Assembly (NCBI GenBank): GCA_963771075.1
Contig: CAVYSE010000024.1
Location: forward strand, 32,001-96,000
Source of the DNA: a candidate division FCPU426 bacterium
Lineage (GTDB): Bacteria; Oederibacteriota; Muellerivitia; Muellerivitales; Muellerivitaceae
DNA: 64,000 nucleotides
Reading direction: 5' to 3'
The stretch's first letter is position 1, and each line of letters starts with the position of its first letter. The notes under the pieces were generated by a model. That model saw nothing but the letters and a program-made list of their open reading frames with translations, did no database searches and was not told the DNA's origin. Made by a program: the position numbers and the translations under genes. Of this stretch, positions 28,953-39,110 are shown one piece after another.

Positions 28953-31154
28953 ATGATTAGCCTTCGGAAATTACATAACAAGACAGCCCTGGCGCTGCTA
29001 GGCTTGGCCTTGTCCCTCAGTCTGCCGGCTTTCGCCGACCACGGCCCCTTGGCCTCGACCCAGCGCGACGGCTGGATCGACGCAAGCTTGCAGGAACTGG
29101 TCCTGGCAGGATGGGTTACCCGGCCGGACGCTCCCCTCGGAAGTTTGACCAATTTGGAGGTGGCCCAGCTGACCGCCCAAGCGGCCCAGCAGGTGAACGC
29201 CTTGCCCCCTTCCGCCACGCCCGGCACCTCCGCGGCGGGAAGGAGCTTGAATGATTTGTTGGATGAGTTCGACGTGGAGCTTTCCGCCATGGATATCCAG
29301 GTATCCCAATTGGAGGACCGCTTGAACGGCGCCGAGCGCCTCAACGAGAAACTCGCCACCCTGCAGGCCCAGTACCTACGTGAGACCGGGACCCAGCTCT
29401 CCGGGTCTTCCCGCTCCTACTTCGACACCTACCGGGGCTTCGGGCCCAATGCCATTTATGGCCCGATGGATTTCAACGACATCTTCATCGCCGACCTGAA
29501 GCTCCGCAGTGTACCCGTACCTTTCGTGCTATTCGACGCCGATATCCGCATGACCCGCACCATCGGTTTCATCTACGGCGACCCCATCACCCCCAATTAC
29601 GACATGCGCTGGCTTTCCCTAAGCAGCGTGAACGACGTGGTCGATTTCACCGCTGGCGATTTCTACCGCCACTACACCCCCCTCACCCTTTGGAACAACG
29701 AAGTCCCCGTCTATACCTTCATCGAACCGACCTCCTATTACCGCGCCCGGAAGGATACGGAGGAATTGGTCTACATGGACCATGGGCCCGATTGGCACCT
29801 GCGGGGCCTGCAAGCCGCCACCGACCAGGAAGTGCTGGACGATCCCATCTTCAGTTCATTCCACCTGCAGGCCATGGGCGGGGAATTGAGCACCGCCTCC
29901 ATCATCTCCTTCGGCAACAACTACGCGGGTGGGGAAGCCTCCCTGGGCCTTTTCGCGGATTGCATGGAAATCAAGGGTGCGGGCATCATGCTCTGGAACG
30001 ACCCCGGCACGGAGGACTTGGTCTATGACCCCGCCAACCCCTCCACCTTCGCCCGCCAGTACCAGGTGGGCAGCCTTTCCTCGAGCGTGGCCATCCCCCT
30101 GCAAAAGGGTGTGACATTGACGGGTTCGGGCGAATACGCCCAAAGCTACTACCAGGATGATTCCAACAACACCGCGACCACCTATAACGATTGGGCCGTC
30201 CTGGCCCATGGGGGTATCGACGTGGAGGGAGTGCATTTGGGCGTGAAATATCTTTCCAACGGCCCCGACTTCTTCTCTCCCGGCGCCCAGACCAACCAAT
30301 ATTCATCCTTGTGGGGTAGCAACCTGCCCGGATATTTAAGCAACAACCAAAACCTCGACGACGGCCTGTTCGGCTACTTGAACGGCTATGTTTTCCAAAA
30401 CGTGTCCCGCCCCACCTTTGCGGCCTACGACCGCATGGCCGAAAACGCTTTGCCCTACGGGGACGCCACGCCGAACCGCGAGGGTTATGTGCTGGGTTTT
30501 TCAGGGGATATCGGGAAGGGAGGCTGGGTGAAACCCCAGGCCTCCTACCTGTTGGACATGCGTGAAATCCAGCCCGACTACGTATTGACCGGAGCGGGGC
30601 AGGACGTGCTTCCGGTGGATAGCGCCAAGGCCCAGACGAATACCCGTTCCTTTTCGGGTTATGAGGGCGCCCTCTCACTGGACATGGCCAAGGGCATCAG
30701 CGGCCTGCCGCCCACCTGTGACGTGGCTTTCGATTACAAGCACCAGGAAACCGATTTAGGGCTGGGAGCTCCGCCCTTTACGGTGGATACCTATATTGTT
30801 TGCGCGGACGCGGGGCCGTTTCCGCAGATCCCGCTTTTGGAGGGATTGACCCTTTCGGGCGCTTTTGAGCAGGCCCAATCCAGCGGGAACGAATACACCT
30901 TGGATACTGGCCAAGAAAATCCGCCTGTCGACGCGGCCTATTCGGCCATCGTGAACAACACTTTCTTGGGACAATATGCCTACACGCCTTTGAACATCAC
31001 GCGCACCTCCTATGCCTTCGGGGCCCGTTGCCCCATCGGCACGACCTTCGAGATCCACGCGGATTGGTTCTATAACCAGTACACCTGGAGCGACGTTCCC
31101 GGTTTCGACCGGCGGGAACAGATTTGGAGGTTGACCTATGAAGTCAGCTTCTAA
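28953..31154 (+). CDS. SLH-like/coiled-coil/beta-barrel outer-membrane protein 2
   Basis: Signal peptide; WIDASLQELVLAGWV..LTNLEVAQL; coiled coil; ends LTYEVSF; shares motifs with protein 3. Confidence 0.7.
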   Translation: MISLRKLHNKTALALLGLALSLSLPAFADHGPLASTQRDGWIDASLQELVLAGWVTRPDAPLGSLTNLEVAQLTAQAAQQVNALPPSATPGTSAAGRSLNDLLDEFDVELSAMDIQVSQLEDRLNGAERLNEKLATLQAQYLRETGTQLSGSSRSYFDTYRGFGPNAIYGPMDFNDIFIADLKLRSVPVPFVLFDADIRMTRTIGFIYGDPITPNYDMRWLSLSSVNDVVDFTAGDFYRHYTPLTLWNNEVPVYTFIEPTSYYRARKDTEELVYMDHGPDWHLRGLQAATDQEVLDDPIFSSFHLQAMGGELSTASIISFGNNYAGGEASLGLFADCMEIKGAGIMLWNDPGTEDLVYDPANPSTFARQYQVGSLSSSVAIPLQKGVTLTGSGEYAQSYYQDDSNNTATTYNDWAVLAHGGIDVEGVHLGVKYLSNGPDFFSPGAQTNQYSSLWGSNLPGYLSNNQNLDDGLFGYLNGYVFQNVSRPTFAAYDRMAENALPYGDATPNREGYVLGFSGDIGKGGWVKPQASYLLDMREIQPDYVLTGAGQDVLPVDSAKAQTNTRSFSGYEGALSLDMAKGISGLPPTCDVAFDYKHQETDLGLGAPPFTVDTYIVCADAGPFPQIPLLEGLTLSGAFEQAQSSGNEYTLDTGQENPPVDAAYSAIVNNTFLGQYAYTPLNITRTSYAFGARCPIGTTFEIHADWFYNQYTWSDVPGFDRREQIWRLTYEVSF

Positions 31155-33498
31155 AACCTTCCCACCACGCAAGCTCCTAGGCGCAGGTAACCCCAAGGTT
31201 CTGGGATTTTTAATGATGGGTTGCTTGGTGACCGCCCAACTGATCCACGCGGCGACTGACCAGAGCCTTTTTACGGTGGTGCCGGCAAACGATCCGGTCT
31301 ATGGACAACTTCACCAGTTATCCGAGGCACAGCTTCTTTCCCCCTCGGAGGTGAACCCGCCCCTGACCCGTTTTGACGTGGCGCAGGACATCCTGCAGGC
31401 GCGTGACCGATATGACGCGATCGTGGTGGCGGATGCCTCCACTGCTTCGAGCGCCCCGGCGGCGAATGCCTCCGCGGCGAAGGGCTCCGTGGCGAACGCC
31501 ACCCTGGTGAAGGCTCCCTCGGTGGTGTACAAGGCGGGTGTGGTATTGCACAACCTGGAGGAAACCTACCGTTATGAGCTCTCCCAACTGCGGGAGAGCG
31601 TCCGAAAACTGGCCGCTTCGTTGGACGACCTGGATGCCCAGGAATATGCCATCCGTAAAAGGGTGAAGGGCATCGAACAATATCCCACCATCGCCATCCA
31701 CGGCCTGGGCAGGGCCTTCGGGTTGACCCAGCAATACACGGGAGATTATTCGGGGCTGTATTTCCCCCAACCCGGTTTCCGAATGACCACCGGCTACCTG
31801 GACCTGGAGCCGGAGGCGGTCGTCACCAAGGAGATCAAATTCTCCAGCGTGATACGGGCGGAGACCAATTTTTCCTCCCAGCCGATCAACGCGGAACAGT
31901 CGGGGAACAACTTCATCCTAACCTTCCGGCGCATGACACTGGAATTCAACCCGCCTTGGCTTTCCTCCACATTCGGCGATTTCGAGGAGTCCTATACGCC
32001 CTTGACCCTGTGGAACCGCAACAACCTGGACCTGATGTATATGCCGGAAATGTGGGCCCGGCAGGACGAGATCCTGAAATATGAAAGCTATTTGAACCAT
32101 GAACCCGATTGGCCTTTCCGGGGAATGCGCCTGGGAACGAACGTCCTCTGGCCCGATTCGGACCTGTTGAGCCAGCTCAAGGTATCCGCCTTCGTGAACA
32201 TGATCCGCAACGGGTTTGACGATTCGGGAGCCTTTGGGGGCTGGTACTTCGGGCCCAACCAGTTCACGGATTGGCTGGTGGGGGGCAACCTGTCCCTGAA
32301 ATCGCCGAAGTGGTACGCGGGCGATTCTTCCTGGCAGGCGCAGGTGGACTCCTACGGCCTCATCCTGGATGAACCCCTCTACACCAACCAGCCCGGCACG
32401 GCTTACAACCCCAACGACCCCTCCACCTGGGCCCATCAATACCTGCTTGGCAGCGTCAAGCCGAGCTTAAGGGTGGGGATGGGCGACAATGTCTACGCGG
32501 GAGCGGAGGCCGAACTTGCCTATTCCAGCTACCAGGACGACAAGCAGGACTCCCAAAGGGTGACCGGTGATTGGGCCGTTAACGGCGGGACCTACCTGCA
32601 GGTCGACGATTCGAAAATATCCTTCAATTACCTGGACGTGGGCCCCTATTACTACGCGCCCCTGGCCCAGACCCGGCAGGACGCGGTCACCGACGTCAAA
32701 AGCATGGGAACCAACAATAACTCGCCCGAGTTGTGGCAATCCCCGGTGCGGAGCGAATATTTCCTGAGCGACGTGCCCCGACCCGGCCAGATCTACAGCT
32801 TCTACGACCGCACCCAGGACAATACCTTCCCCTACGGCTTGGCCACGCCCAACCGGGAAGCGGTCGGTATGGAGTTGGATATCCGCGCGTTGGACAAAAA
32901 GGCCCTGCGCGTGCGCGGGGCGGCCTACCTGGCGCAGGAAATTCAAAGCGACCTGGTCCTGAATAACGGACAATACCTGGCCGTGGACGCGCCCTATGCC
33001 GTTTATCCCATCCGGCAATTCACCTATGTGAATGTCGGCCCCTCCTATAACCTTGGTCCCGACATCGGCTTTGGCGGTGATTTGGAGATCGGCGCCAATG
33101 CCCGTTTTGAGCAAACCACCAGCTCCATTGGTACCTTGACCAGCGCCTGGGGTGTGGGTGGGATTCGGGCTGACTTCCTGCCGGTTTGGGAAGTGACCGC
33201 GGCCTACAGCCAGCAGAACGCCCATGGGACGGATACGGGTTACATGCTCAATGGGGCCCCGACCCTGTGGGCGCGCTACGTCTATATCTTCGACAACAGC
33301 GATTACGGCCAATACCAGCCCTTCTCGGTGAACGGTACCAACCAGAGCCTGCGCCTTTCCAACGCCTTCAAGATCAACCGCAACTCCACCCTCTACCTGG
33401 ATTATGATTGGACCTTCGGCAATCTCGTTCCCTCAGGGCAGCTCCAGGGAACCCTGAACAACCAATTCGGCGAGGTTACCTATGAAGTCCAATTCTAA
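31138..33498 (+). CDS. SLH/coiled-coil/beta-barrel outer-membrane protein 3
   Basis: FTVVPANDPVYGQLHQL..LTRFDVAQDI; coiled coil; YTPLTLWN and PYGLATPNRE shared with protein 2; ends VTYEVQF. Confidence 0.72.
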   Translation: MKSASKTFPPRKLLGAGNPKVLGFLMMGCLVTAQLIHAATDQSLFTVVPANDPVYGQLHQLSEAQLLSPSEVNPPLTRFDVAQDILQARDRYDAIVVADASTASSAPAANASAAKGSVANATLVKAPSVVYKAGVVLHNLEETYRYELSQLRESVRKLAASLDDLDAQEYAIRKRVKGIEQYPTIAIHGLGRAFGLTQQYTGDYSGLYFPQPGFRMTTGYLDLEPEAVVTKEIKFSSVIRAETNFSSQPINAEQSGNNFILTFRRMTLEFNPPWLSSTFGDFEESYTPLTLWNRNNLDLMYMPEMWARQDEILKYESYLNHEPDWPFRGMRLGTNVLWPDSDLLSQLKVSAFVNMIRNGFDDSGAFGGWYFGPNQFTDWLVGGNLSLKSPKWYAGDSSWQAQVDSYGLILDEPLYTNQPGTAYNPNDPSTWAHQYLLGSVKPSLRVGMGDNVYAGAEAELAYSSYQDDKQDSQRVTGDWAVNGGTYLQVDDSKISFNYLDVGPYYYAPLAQTRQDAVTDVKSMGTNNNSPELWQSPVRSEYFLSDVPRPGQIYSFYDRTQDNTFPYGLATPNREAVGMELDIRALDKKALRVRGAAYLAQEIQSDLVLNNGQYLAVDAPYAVYPIRQFTYVNVGPSYNLGPDIGFGGDLEIGANARFEQTTSSIGTLTSAWGVGGIRADFLPVWEVTAAYSQQNAHGTDTGYMLNGAPTLWARYVYIFDNSDYGQYQPFSVNGTNQSLRLSNAFKINRNSTLYLDYDWTFGNLVPSGQLQGTLNNQFGEVTYEVQF

Positions 33499-34222
33499 AA
33501 AAGGGAGTCGTCAAACCGTGCTGGGCGCCTTCGCGGCCCTTTCGCTCGCGTTCGGATTCCTTGGGATCCTTGGGTCGGCGGGTTTGGGCTGCAAGTCCAG
33601 CTTGCCCCCTACTAGTACCATGGTCCTGACCCCCTGCCCGACCCCCATCCTCTTCGCGGGCTTTGAGGACCTGACCTCCTACAAGTCCTTGTCGAACGGT
33701 GTGTCCTATTATGTTTCGAACAGCGGAATCACCTTCAACGATCCGGGTTCCAGCAGCGCGCCTTTCGCCTATACCGCGACCTTGACCCAATCCAAGTTTT
33801 ACCCCACCCAGGGCCAATATTCCCTGGATATCAACATCAATACTGCGGTGGCTTACAACCAGAACATCCTGATCCTGACCTTCGCCAACCCCATCGTCTG
33901 GAACAACATCACCGCGCTTACCATGGACCTGACCGTGGACCCCTCGGTGGTGGCGGGGGCGAGCTACGGTTATTTCCAATTCGTGGCTGATTCGGACGCG
34001 GCCAATTTGTATTTTAGGAGCATCACCAACAGCAACCCTTCCCTCAGCGCGGGGACCCAAACCATCACCTGGAACATTAATTACTCGGCGGGGCCGCTGG
34101 TACCGACCGATACCATCAATAAATTGACCTTTATTTACAACCGCAGTACGCCCAGCGCCGGGCAGGGGATCGGGAACATCTTTATCGATAATCTCCAGTT
34201 ACATCAGAATTGCCCCAATTAA
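33482..34222 (+). CDS. Lipoprotein with a beta-sandwich (CBM-like) domain
   Basis: Lipobox GLGC; short P/T linker; FAGFED...IFIDNLQL pattern. Confidence 0.68.
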   Translation: MKSNSKKGSRQTVLGAFAALSLAFGFLGILGSAGLGCKSSLPPTSTMVLTPCPTPILFAGFEDLTSYKSLSNGVSYYVSNSGITFNDPGSSSAPFAYTATLTQSKFYPTQGQYSLDININTAVAYNQNILILTFANPIVWNNITALTMDLTVDPSVVAGASYGYFQFVADSDAANLYFRSITNSNPSLSAGTQTITWNINYSAGPLVPTDTINKLTFIYNRSTPSAGQGIGNIFIDNLQLHQNCPN

Positions 34223-34364
34223 GTTTGCCTCGCTAGCAATCCCGATTTCCTGTTAATCTGAACTTTTCGGCCAGCTTTTCTTTTGATTCTTGTCTCCTCC
34301 ATTCTTGAAAATCCCCACTTTCATTAGGATTTTTCTTTAACTTTGAAACATTTTGCGCTATTAA

Positions 34365-34378
34365 TTAAACCGGTTACG
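34365..34378. promoter_or_regulatory. Putative LacI autoregulatory operator
   Basis: TTAAACCGGTTACG about 50 bp upstream of the LacI start codon. Confidence 0.55.
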
Positions 34379-34428
34379 GGATTTCCCTGAAAGTTTCATA
34401 AACTCACTTTATCCATCAAGGAGAAATC

Positions 34429-35418
34429 ATGGGTGTGACGATCCAACAGATCGCCGAAAATACCGGGGTATCCAAGGCGACTGTTTCACGGGTTTTGAAC
34501 GGCCTTGCAGTGAAATACGAGACCGAGCAAAAAGTCAAAGCCATGATGGAAAAGATGCAGTACCGGCCAAACCGTTTCGCCCGCGGTTTGGCGGCCTCCC
34601 ATAAGACCGGTTTCCTGGGGGTTGTCACACCCTCGCTCAATCCCTTCGTGGCTTGGGTGATCACGGGCATGGAGGAGGAAGCCAGGCGTCATGGAAAGCT
34701 TTTGACCCTCGCGACCCTGCCCTATGGATCCCTCGAGGAAAGAGAAATCGTTCACACCCTGACCGAGCCGCCGGTGGTCGACGGTTTGTTGTTTTTCCGC
34801 CCTCTCCCCAGATGGAAGGTCTGATACGCAGTTTGAACCAGCGCAAATTTCCGATGGTGGTCACCGGGGAGAAGCGATTTGAGTACCTCATGCCCACCAT
34901 CGTCCTCGACAATCTCAACGGGGGAAAACAAGCCACCGATTACTTGATCCAAAAGGGCCATCGGCGGATCGGTTTTATTACCGGCCGTGAAGATATGAGT
35001 GATTCGGCGGACCGGGAGGAAGGATACCGGTTGGCCCTAAAAGAGGCGGGAATACCCGTGGAGGAGAGCCTGATCCTAAAAGGTGATTACACTATTCCTT
35101 CCGGCGTCTCGGCGGCCGGAAAATTTATAGAGATGTCCCACCCGCCCACCGCCATCTTCGCCGCCAATGACGCGATGGCGATCGGGGTTTTAAAGACCAT
35201 TCAAAACTGTAAGAAGGAGGGATTGTTCGCCATCGTGGGTTTTGACGACATTGAGATGTCTTCCTTCGTGACGCCCACGCTTACCACCGTGGGATATGAC
35301 CTCCACGAGTTGGGCAAACAAGCCGTACATAAACTGATGAGGCTGGTTCATGGGCGAGGAAAAGATCCGGTCCACCCTGGAGATCAAGACCCATTTGATC
35401 GTCAGGGATCCGGCGTAG
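34429..35418 (+). CDS. LacI-family transcriptional regulator, frameshifted at ~34800 and ~35350
   Basis: TIQQIAENTGVSKATVSRVLNG HTH; GHRRIGFI, PTAIFAANDAMAIG, GFDDI and PTLTTV motifs; C-terminus EIKTHLIVR in a third frame. Confidence 0.88.
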
Positions 35419-35519
35419 TTTTCGGGGGGCGGAAAAGAACAAGTCGCATTGAACAATCTGTTATGAAAGAGATTGGGAACTCATGGCGGATGGGTCAGTG
35501 AGTGAAATCGATAAATCCC

Positions 35520-36437
35520 TAAGAACCCAAAGATTTTCTGGATAGATCCCTTCTGAAATCAATCGGCTGATGGAGGCCCGGGCCTGTTCCCGGTCCTGGG
35601 GATAGGTAAGCCCGAACCAGGAGTCGGGAGTGGGAAGAATATTAACCTCTGCCTGTTTTCCTGGATCAAAAGGTCCGATGGCTTTAGGGACCAGGAACTC
35701 GGACTTATCCTCTTGGCCTTTTTCCGCAAGGAATTCCTTGAAACAGGCCGCGGTAGTTGGGGAAATAGTCGACGGGTGTGAAGCCCCAGATGTTCATGGA
35801 AACCAGTTCGTTCCCAATCAGAGAATGGGCGACTCCCGCCTCGTCCAGGTATACCGCCCCGCCCTTGGTCTTGCTGACCTTCAGCCTTTCCACTATTTTC
35901 CCTTAATTTTCCGGTCGTTATCGGCCTCGCAGAGGCCCCGGGAAACGGTCCCGTGATCGGATAGCGTATGGCGCAATTTGAAAGCCCACCATGGAATAAT
36001 CCGTGGATTGAAGGTCCCGGATTTCCTTGAGGTGATCCGCCATTACCTGGAAGGTCTGGCGCCCATAGTAGTCGTCGGCGTTGAAGACGGCGAAGGGTTC
36101 TGGACCTCCTCAGGGCCGAATAGATGGCATGTCCTGTGCCCCAGGGTTTTTGCCGGCTGGGGTGGGGGCTTGAAACCCGATGGAAGATCGGAAAGCTCCT
36201 GAAAGGCGTAACACACAGTCGATTTTCGGCTCCCATTTTTCACCCACGAGTCTTTCGGAAATCCGCCTCCATCTCCTTACGGATGATGAAAACAACTTTC
36301 CCAAACCCCGCGCGCAGGGCATCAAAGATGGAATAATCCAACAGGGTGGCTCCGCCGGGACCCACGCCCTGCATTTGTTTAAGCCCGCCGAAACGGCTTC
36401 CCATGCCGGCGGCCATGATGAGAAGGGTAGGTTTCAT
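35520..36437 (-). CDS. Sugar-phosphate nucleotidyltransferase, multiply frameshifted
   Basis: MKPTLLIMAAGMGSRFGGLKQ, DYSIFDA, KPWGTGHA, VSMNIWGFTP and GIYPENLW are spread over several frames. Confidence 0.75.
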
Positions 36438-37622
36438 GATGAGGATCCTCGTTCGCGTCCGCGAAAAATTTTCCGCCCCGGCGGCGGCATTGAAAAACAT
36501 AGCTTTCCAGGGATCCCGGTTTTATCTTTATAAGTTCCAGGCGGTTTCCGCAAAAAGGATTCCTCCGCGCCTTCTTTTACCAGGTTGACAGTGCATCCCC
36601 CGAACCCGCCGCCCATCATCCGGGCGCCGAAAACCCCTGGGCTCACCCGGGCCAATTCTGCCAGCAGATCCAATTCCTTGCAGCTCACCTCGTAATCCTC
36701 CCGCAGGGAAGCATGGGAGCGTTCCATTAAGCCGCCCGCGGACGCCAGGTCTCCCTCTTCCAGGGCCTTCACCATATCCAGAACCCTTTGGTTTTCCGTA
36801 AGTACGTGACGGCATCGTTTGCGGATGAGCTCGGGCAAGATGTCCTGGTGTCTTTCCCAGTCGGGGAAGGTCACGTCCCGCAGGGAGGAAAGCTTGGGAA
36901 TCCGTGAGGCCAAGAGTTCCACCCCCTTGGCGCATTCCTGCCGCCTTTGGTTGTAAGCCGAGGAAGCCAAGGCGCGCTTGACGCCTGTGTTGCACACCAC
37001 GACGATCACGCCCTTGGGCATGGAAACCCACCGGTAAGAAAGGTTTTGGCAGTCGAGCAACAGGGCCGAGGATTCCTTCCCTAGAAAGGAGGAAAACGGG
37101 TCCATGATCCCGCAATTCACGCCCACGAATTGGTTTTCCGCCGCCTGGGCCGCCTTTACCAGTTCCATGTCATTCCAGGCCTTTCCCCCGATCTTTTCCA
37201 GGAACACCGCCGAGGCGATCTCCAGCGCCGCCGATGAACTCAAACCCGCGCCCCGGGGCAGGTCGCCCTTGATAAGCGCCTGGCAGCCGCGGAATTGGCC
37301 GCCCGCTTCCAGGTATTGTTTCAAAACGCCCTTGAAGTAGTCGGCCCAGGCATGCGCGGGATCGTTCTGATAATGTTCCGGGTTCCACTTCGACCGAGTC
37401 CCGCAGGTCGGAGGAATAGAGGAGGATCTTTCCGTCTGTCCGGGGCTGGCCGCAGATCACGACCCCGCGGTTGACCGCCATGGGCAGGACGAGGCCCTGG
37501 TTGTAATCGGTGTGTTCGCCGATCAGGTTCACCCGGCCGGGACCCCAGGCCTCCGCCTCGGCTTTGCCCCTGAAATGTTCGGCGTATTCGGCGCGCGTTT
37601 GCTGGAGGAGAGAGTCGTTCAA
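36434..37622 (-). CDS. galK: Galactokinase, frameshifted at ~37350 and near the 3' end
   Basis: PGRVNLIGEHTDYN, GAGLSSSAA, CGIMD, YNQRR and GARMMGGGFGG motifs. Confidence 0.88.
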
Positions 37623-37822
37623 GGGCGGACCTTTTTTAGAATTTCCAAGGTTAGTTCAAAAAAACCGTGGAGGAACACTCGCTTATAGCGCCTGTGCCCA
37701 TCTGCGGCAATGGAAAAATAAAAAGAAAAAGTTCCCCCGGGGCGGAAAAGCGCGCACTTGAAAATGGGGTTTGGGAAGGCATAATGAAGAGTCTTTCCAA
37801 CGCAAATTTTATCGGAGGGGTT

Positions 37823-38989
37823 ATGCCCAGCTACCAGCCCAAAAAAGAACACCGCTTTTCATTCGGCCTTTGGACCACCGCCAACCGGGGGAGAGACCCC
37901 TTCGGCGAGGAAACCCGCTCCCGGCTGGATCCCCTGGTCAACATCAAGGAACTGGCCAAGCGCAAGGTCTGGGGCTTCAACTACCACGACGACGACCTGA
38001 TCCCTTACGGGGCCAGTCTTCCCCTGCGCAACAAGATCATCAAGGAAACCAAGAAGATCATGCGCGATTACGACATCAAGTGCGCCATGGCCACCACCAA
38101 CCTCTTTTACCACCGGGTTTTCAAAGATGGGGCATTCACCAGCCACGATCCCAAGGTTCGGGCCTTCGCCCTTCAAAAGGTGATGAAGAACATGGACCTG
38201 GGCGCCGAGTTGGGCGCCACTGTTTACGTTTTCTGGGGCGGCCGGGAGGGAGCCGAGGTGGACGCGGCCAAGACCCCCGAGGAGGCCCTGAAGCGCTACC
38301 GGGAATGCATGAACTTCCTCTGCGCCTACGCCCGGCGGAACGGGTACGGATTCAAGTTCGCCATCGAACCCAAACCCAACGAACCCCGGGGCGACATCTA
38401 CTTGGCCACCGCCGGCCACGTCTTGGCCTTCATCGAGACCCTGGACGATCCGGAGCGGGTGGGGGTGAACCCGGAGATCGAGCATTCGCGCATGGCCAAC
38501 CTGAACACCTACCACGACTTCGCCCAGGCTTTGGAAGCGGGGAAATTGTACCACGTGGACCTGGGGGCGCAAAAACCGGGGCGGTTCGACCAGGACCTGC
38601 GCTTCGGTTCGGAAGATTTGAAGGAAACCTTCTTCGTGGTGAAACTGCTGGAGGACAACGGCTGGGCGGGCACGCGCAATTTCGACGAGCACCCCTACCG
38701 CAGTGAGGACGAAAAGGGCGTTTGGGACTTCGTGGAAGGGTCCATGCGCACCTACCTGATGCTCTGGGACAAGGTGAAGCGCTTCAACGCTGACAAGAAG
38801 ATACAGCAGATCCTCAAGGCAATCCACGGCAAGGACCCCCAATGGGAGGGCATTATGGCCCGGTTCACGCCCGAGGGCGCGGAAAAGTTGAAGAAGGGCA
38901 ACTTCAACCCCGAGCTGCTATCCAAGAAGCGCCTGCCCTACGAGGAGTTGGACCAGCGCCTTCAGGAAATCCTGATGGGTGTGGATTAA
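37823..38989 (+). CDS. xylA: Xylose isomerase (class I, Streptomyces/Thermus type)
   Basis: FSFGLWT, HDDDL, WGGREG, EPKPNEPRGD, NPEIEH and DQDLRFG motifs. Confidence 0.95.
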   Translation: MPSYQPKKEHRFSFGLWTTANRGRDPFGEETRSRLDPLVNIKELAKRKVWGFNYHDDDLIPYGASLPLRNKIIKETKKIMRDYDIKCAMATTNLFYHRVFKDGAFTSHDPKVRAFALQKVMKNMDLGAELGATVYVFWGGREGAEVDAAKTPEEALKRYRECMNFLCAYARRNGYGFKFAIEPKPNEPRGDIYLATAGHVLAFIETLDDPERVGVNPEIEHSRMANLNTYHDFAQALEAGKLYHVDLGAQKPGRFDQDLRFGSEDLKETFFVVKLLEDNGWAGTRNFDEHPYRSEDEKGVWDFVEGSMRTYLMLWDKVKRFNADKKIQQILKAIHGKDPQWEGIMARFTPEGAEKLKKGNFNPELLSKKRLPYEELDQRLQEILMGVD

Positions 38990-39110
38990 CCCCCCAAGGC
39001 TTGATTCGCCGCCGACGCATGGGATGGATGAGATTGAATTGGTTTATCCCGCTCATCCTATGCATTCGTGGCTGATATCGGGTTTTCCTTTCACCACTCC
39101 GGAGGGTTGA

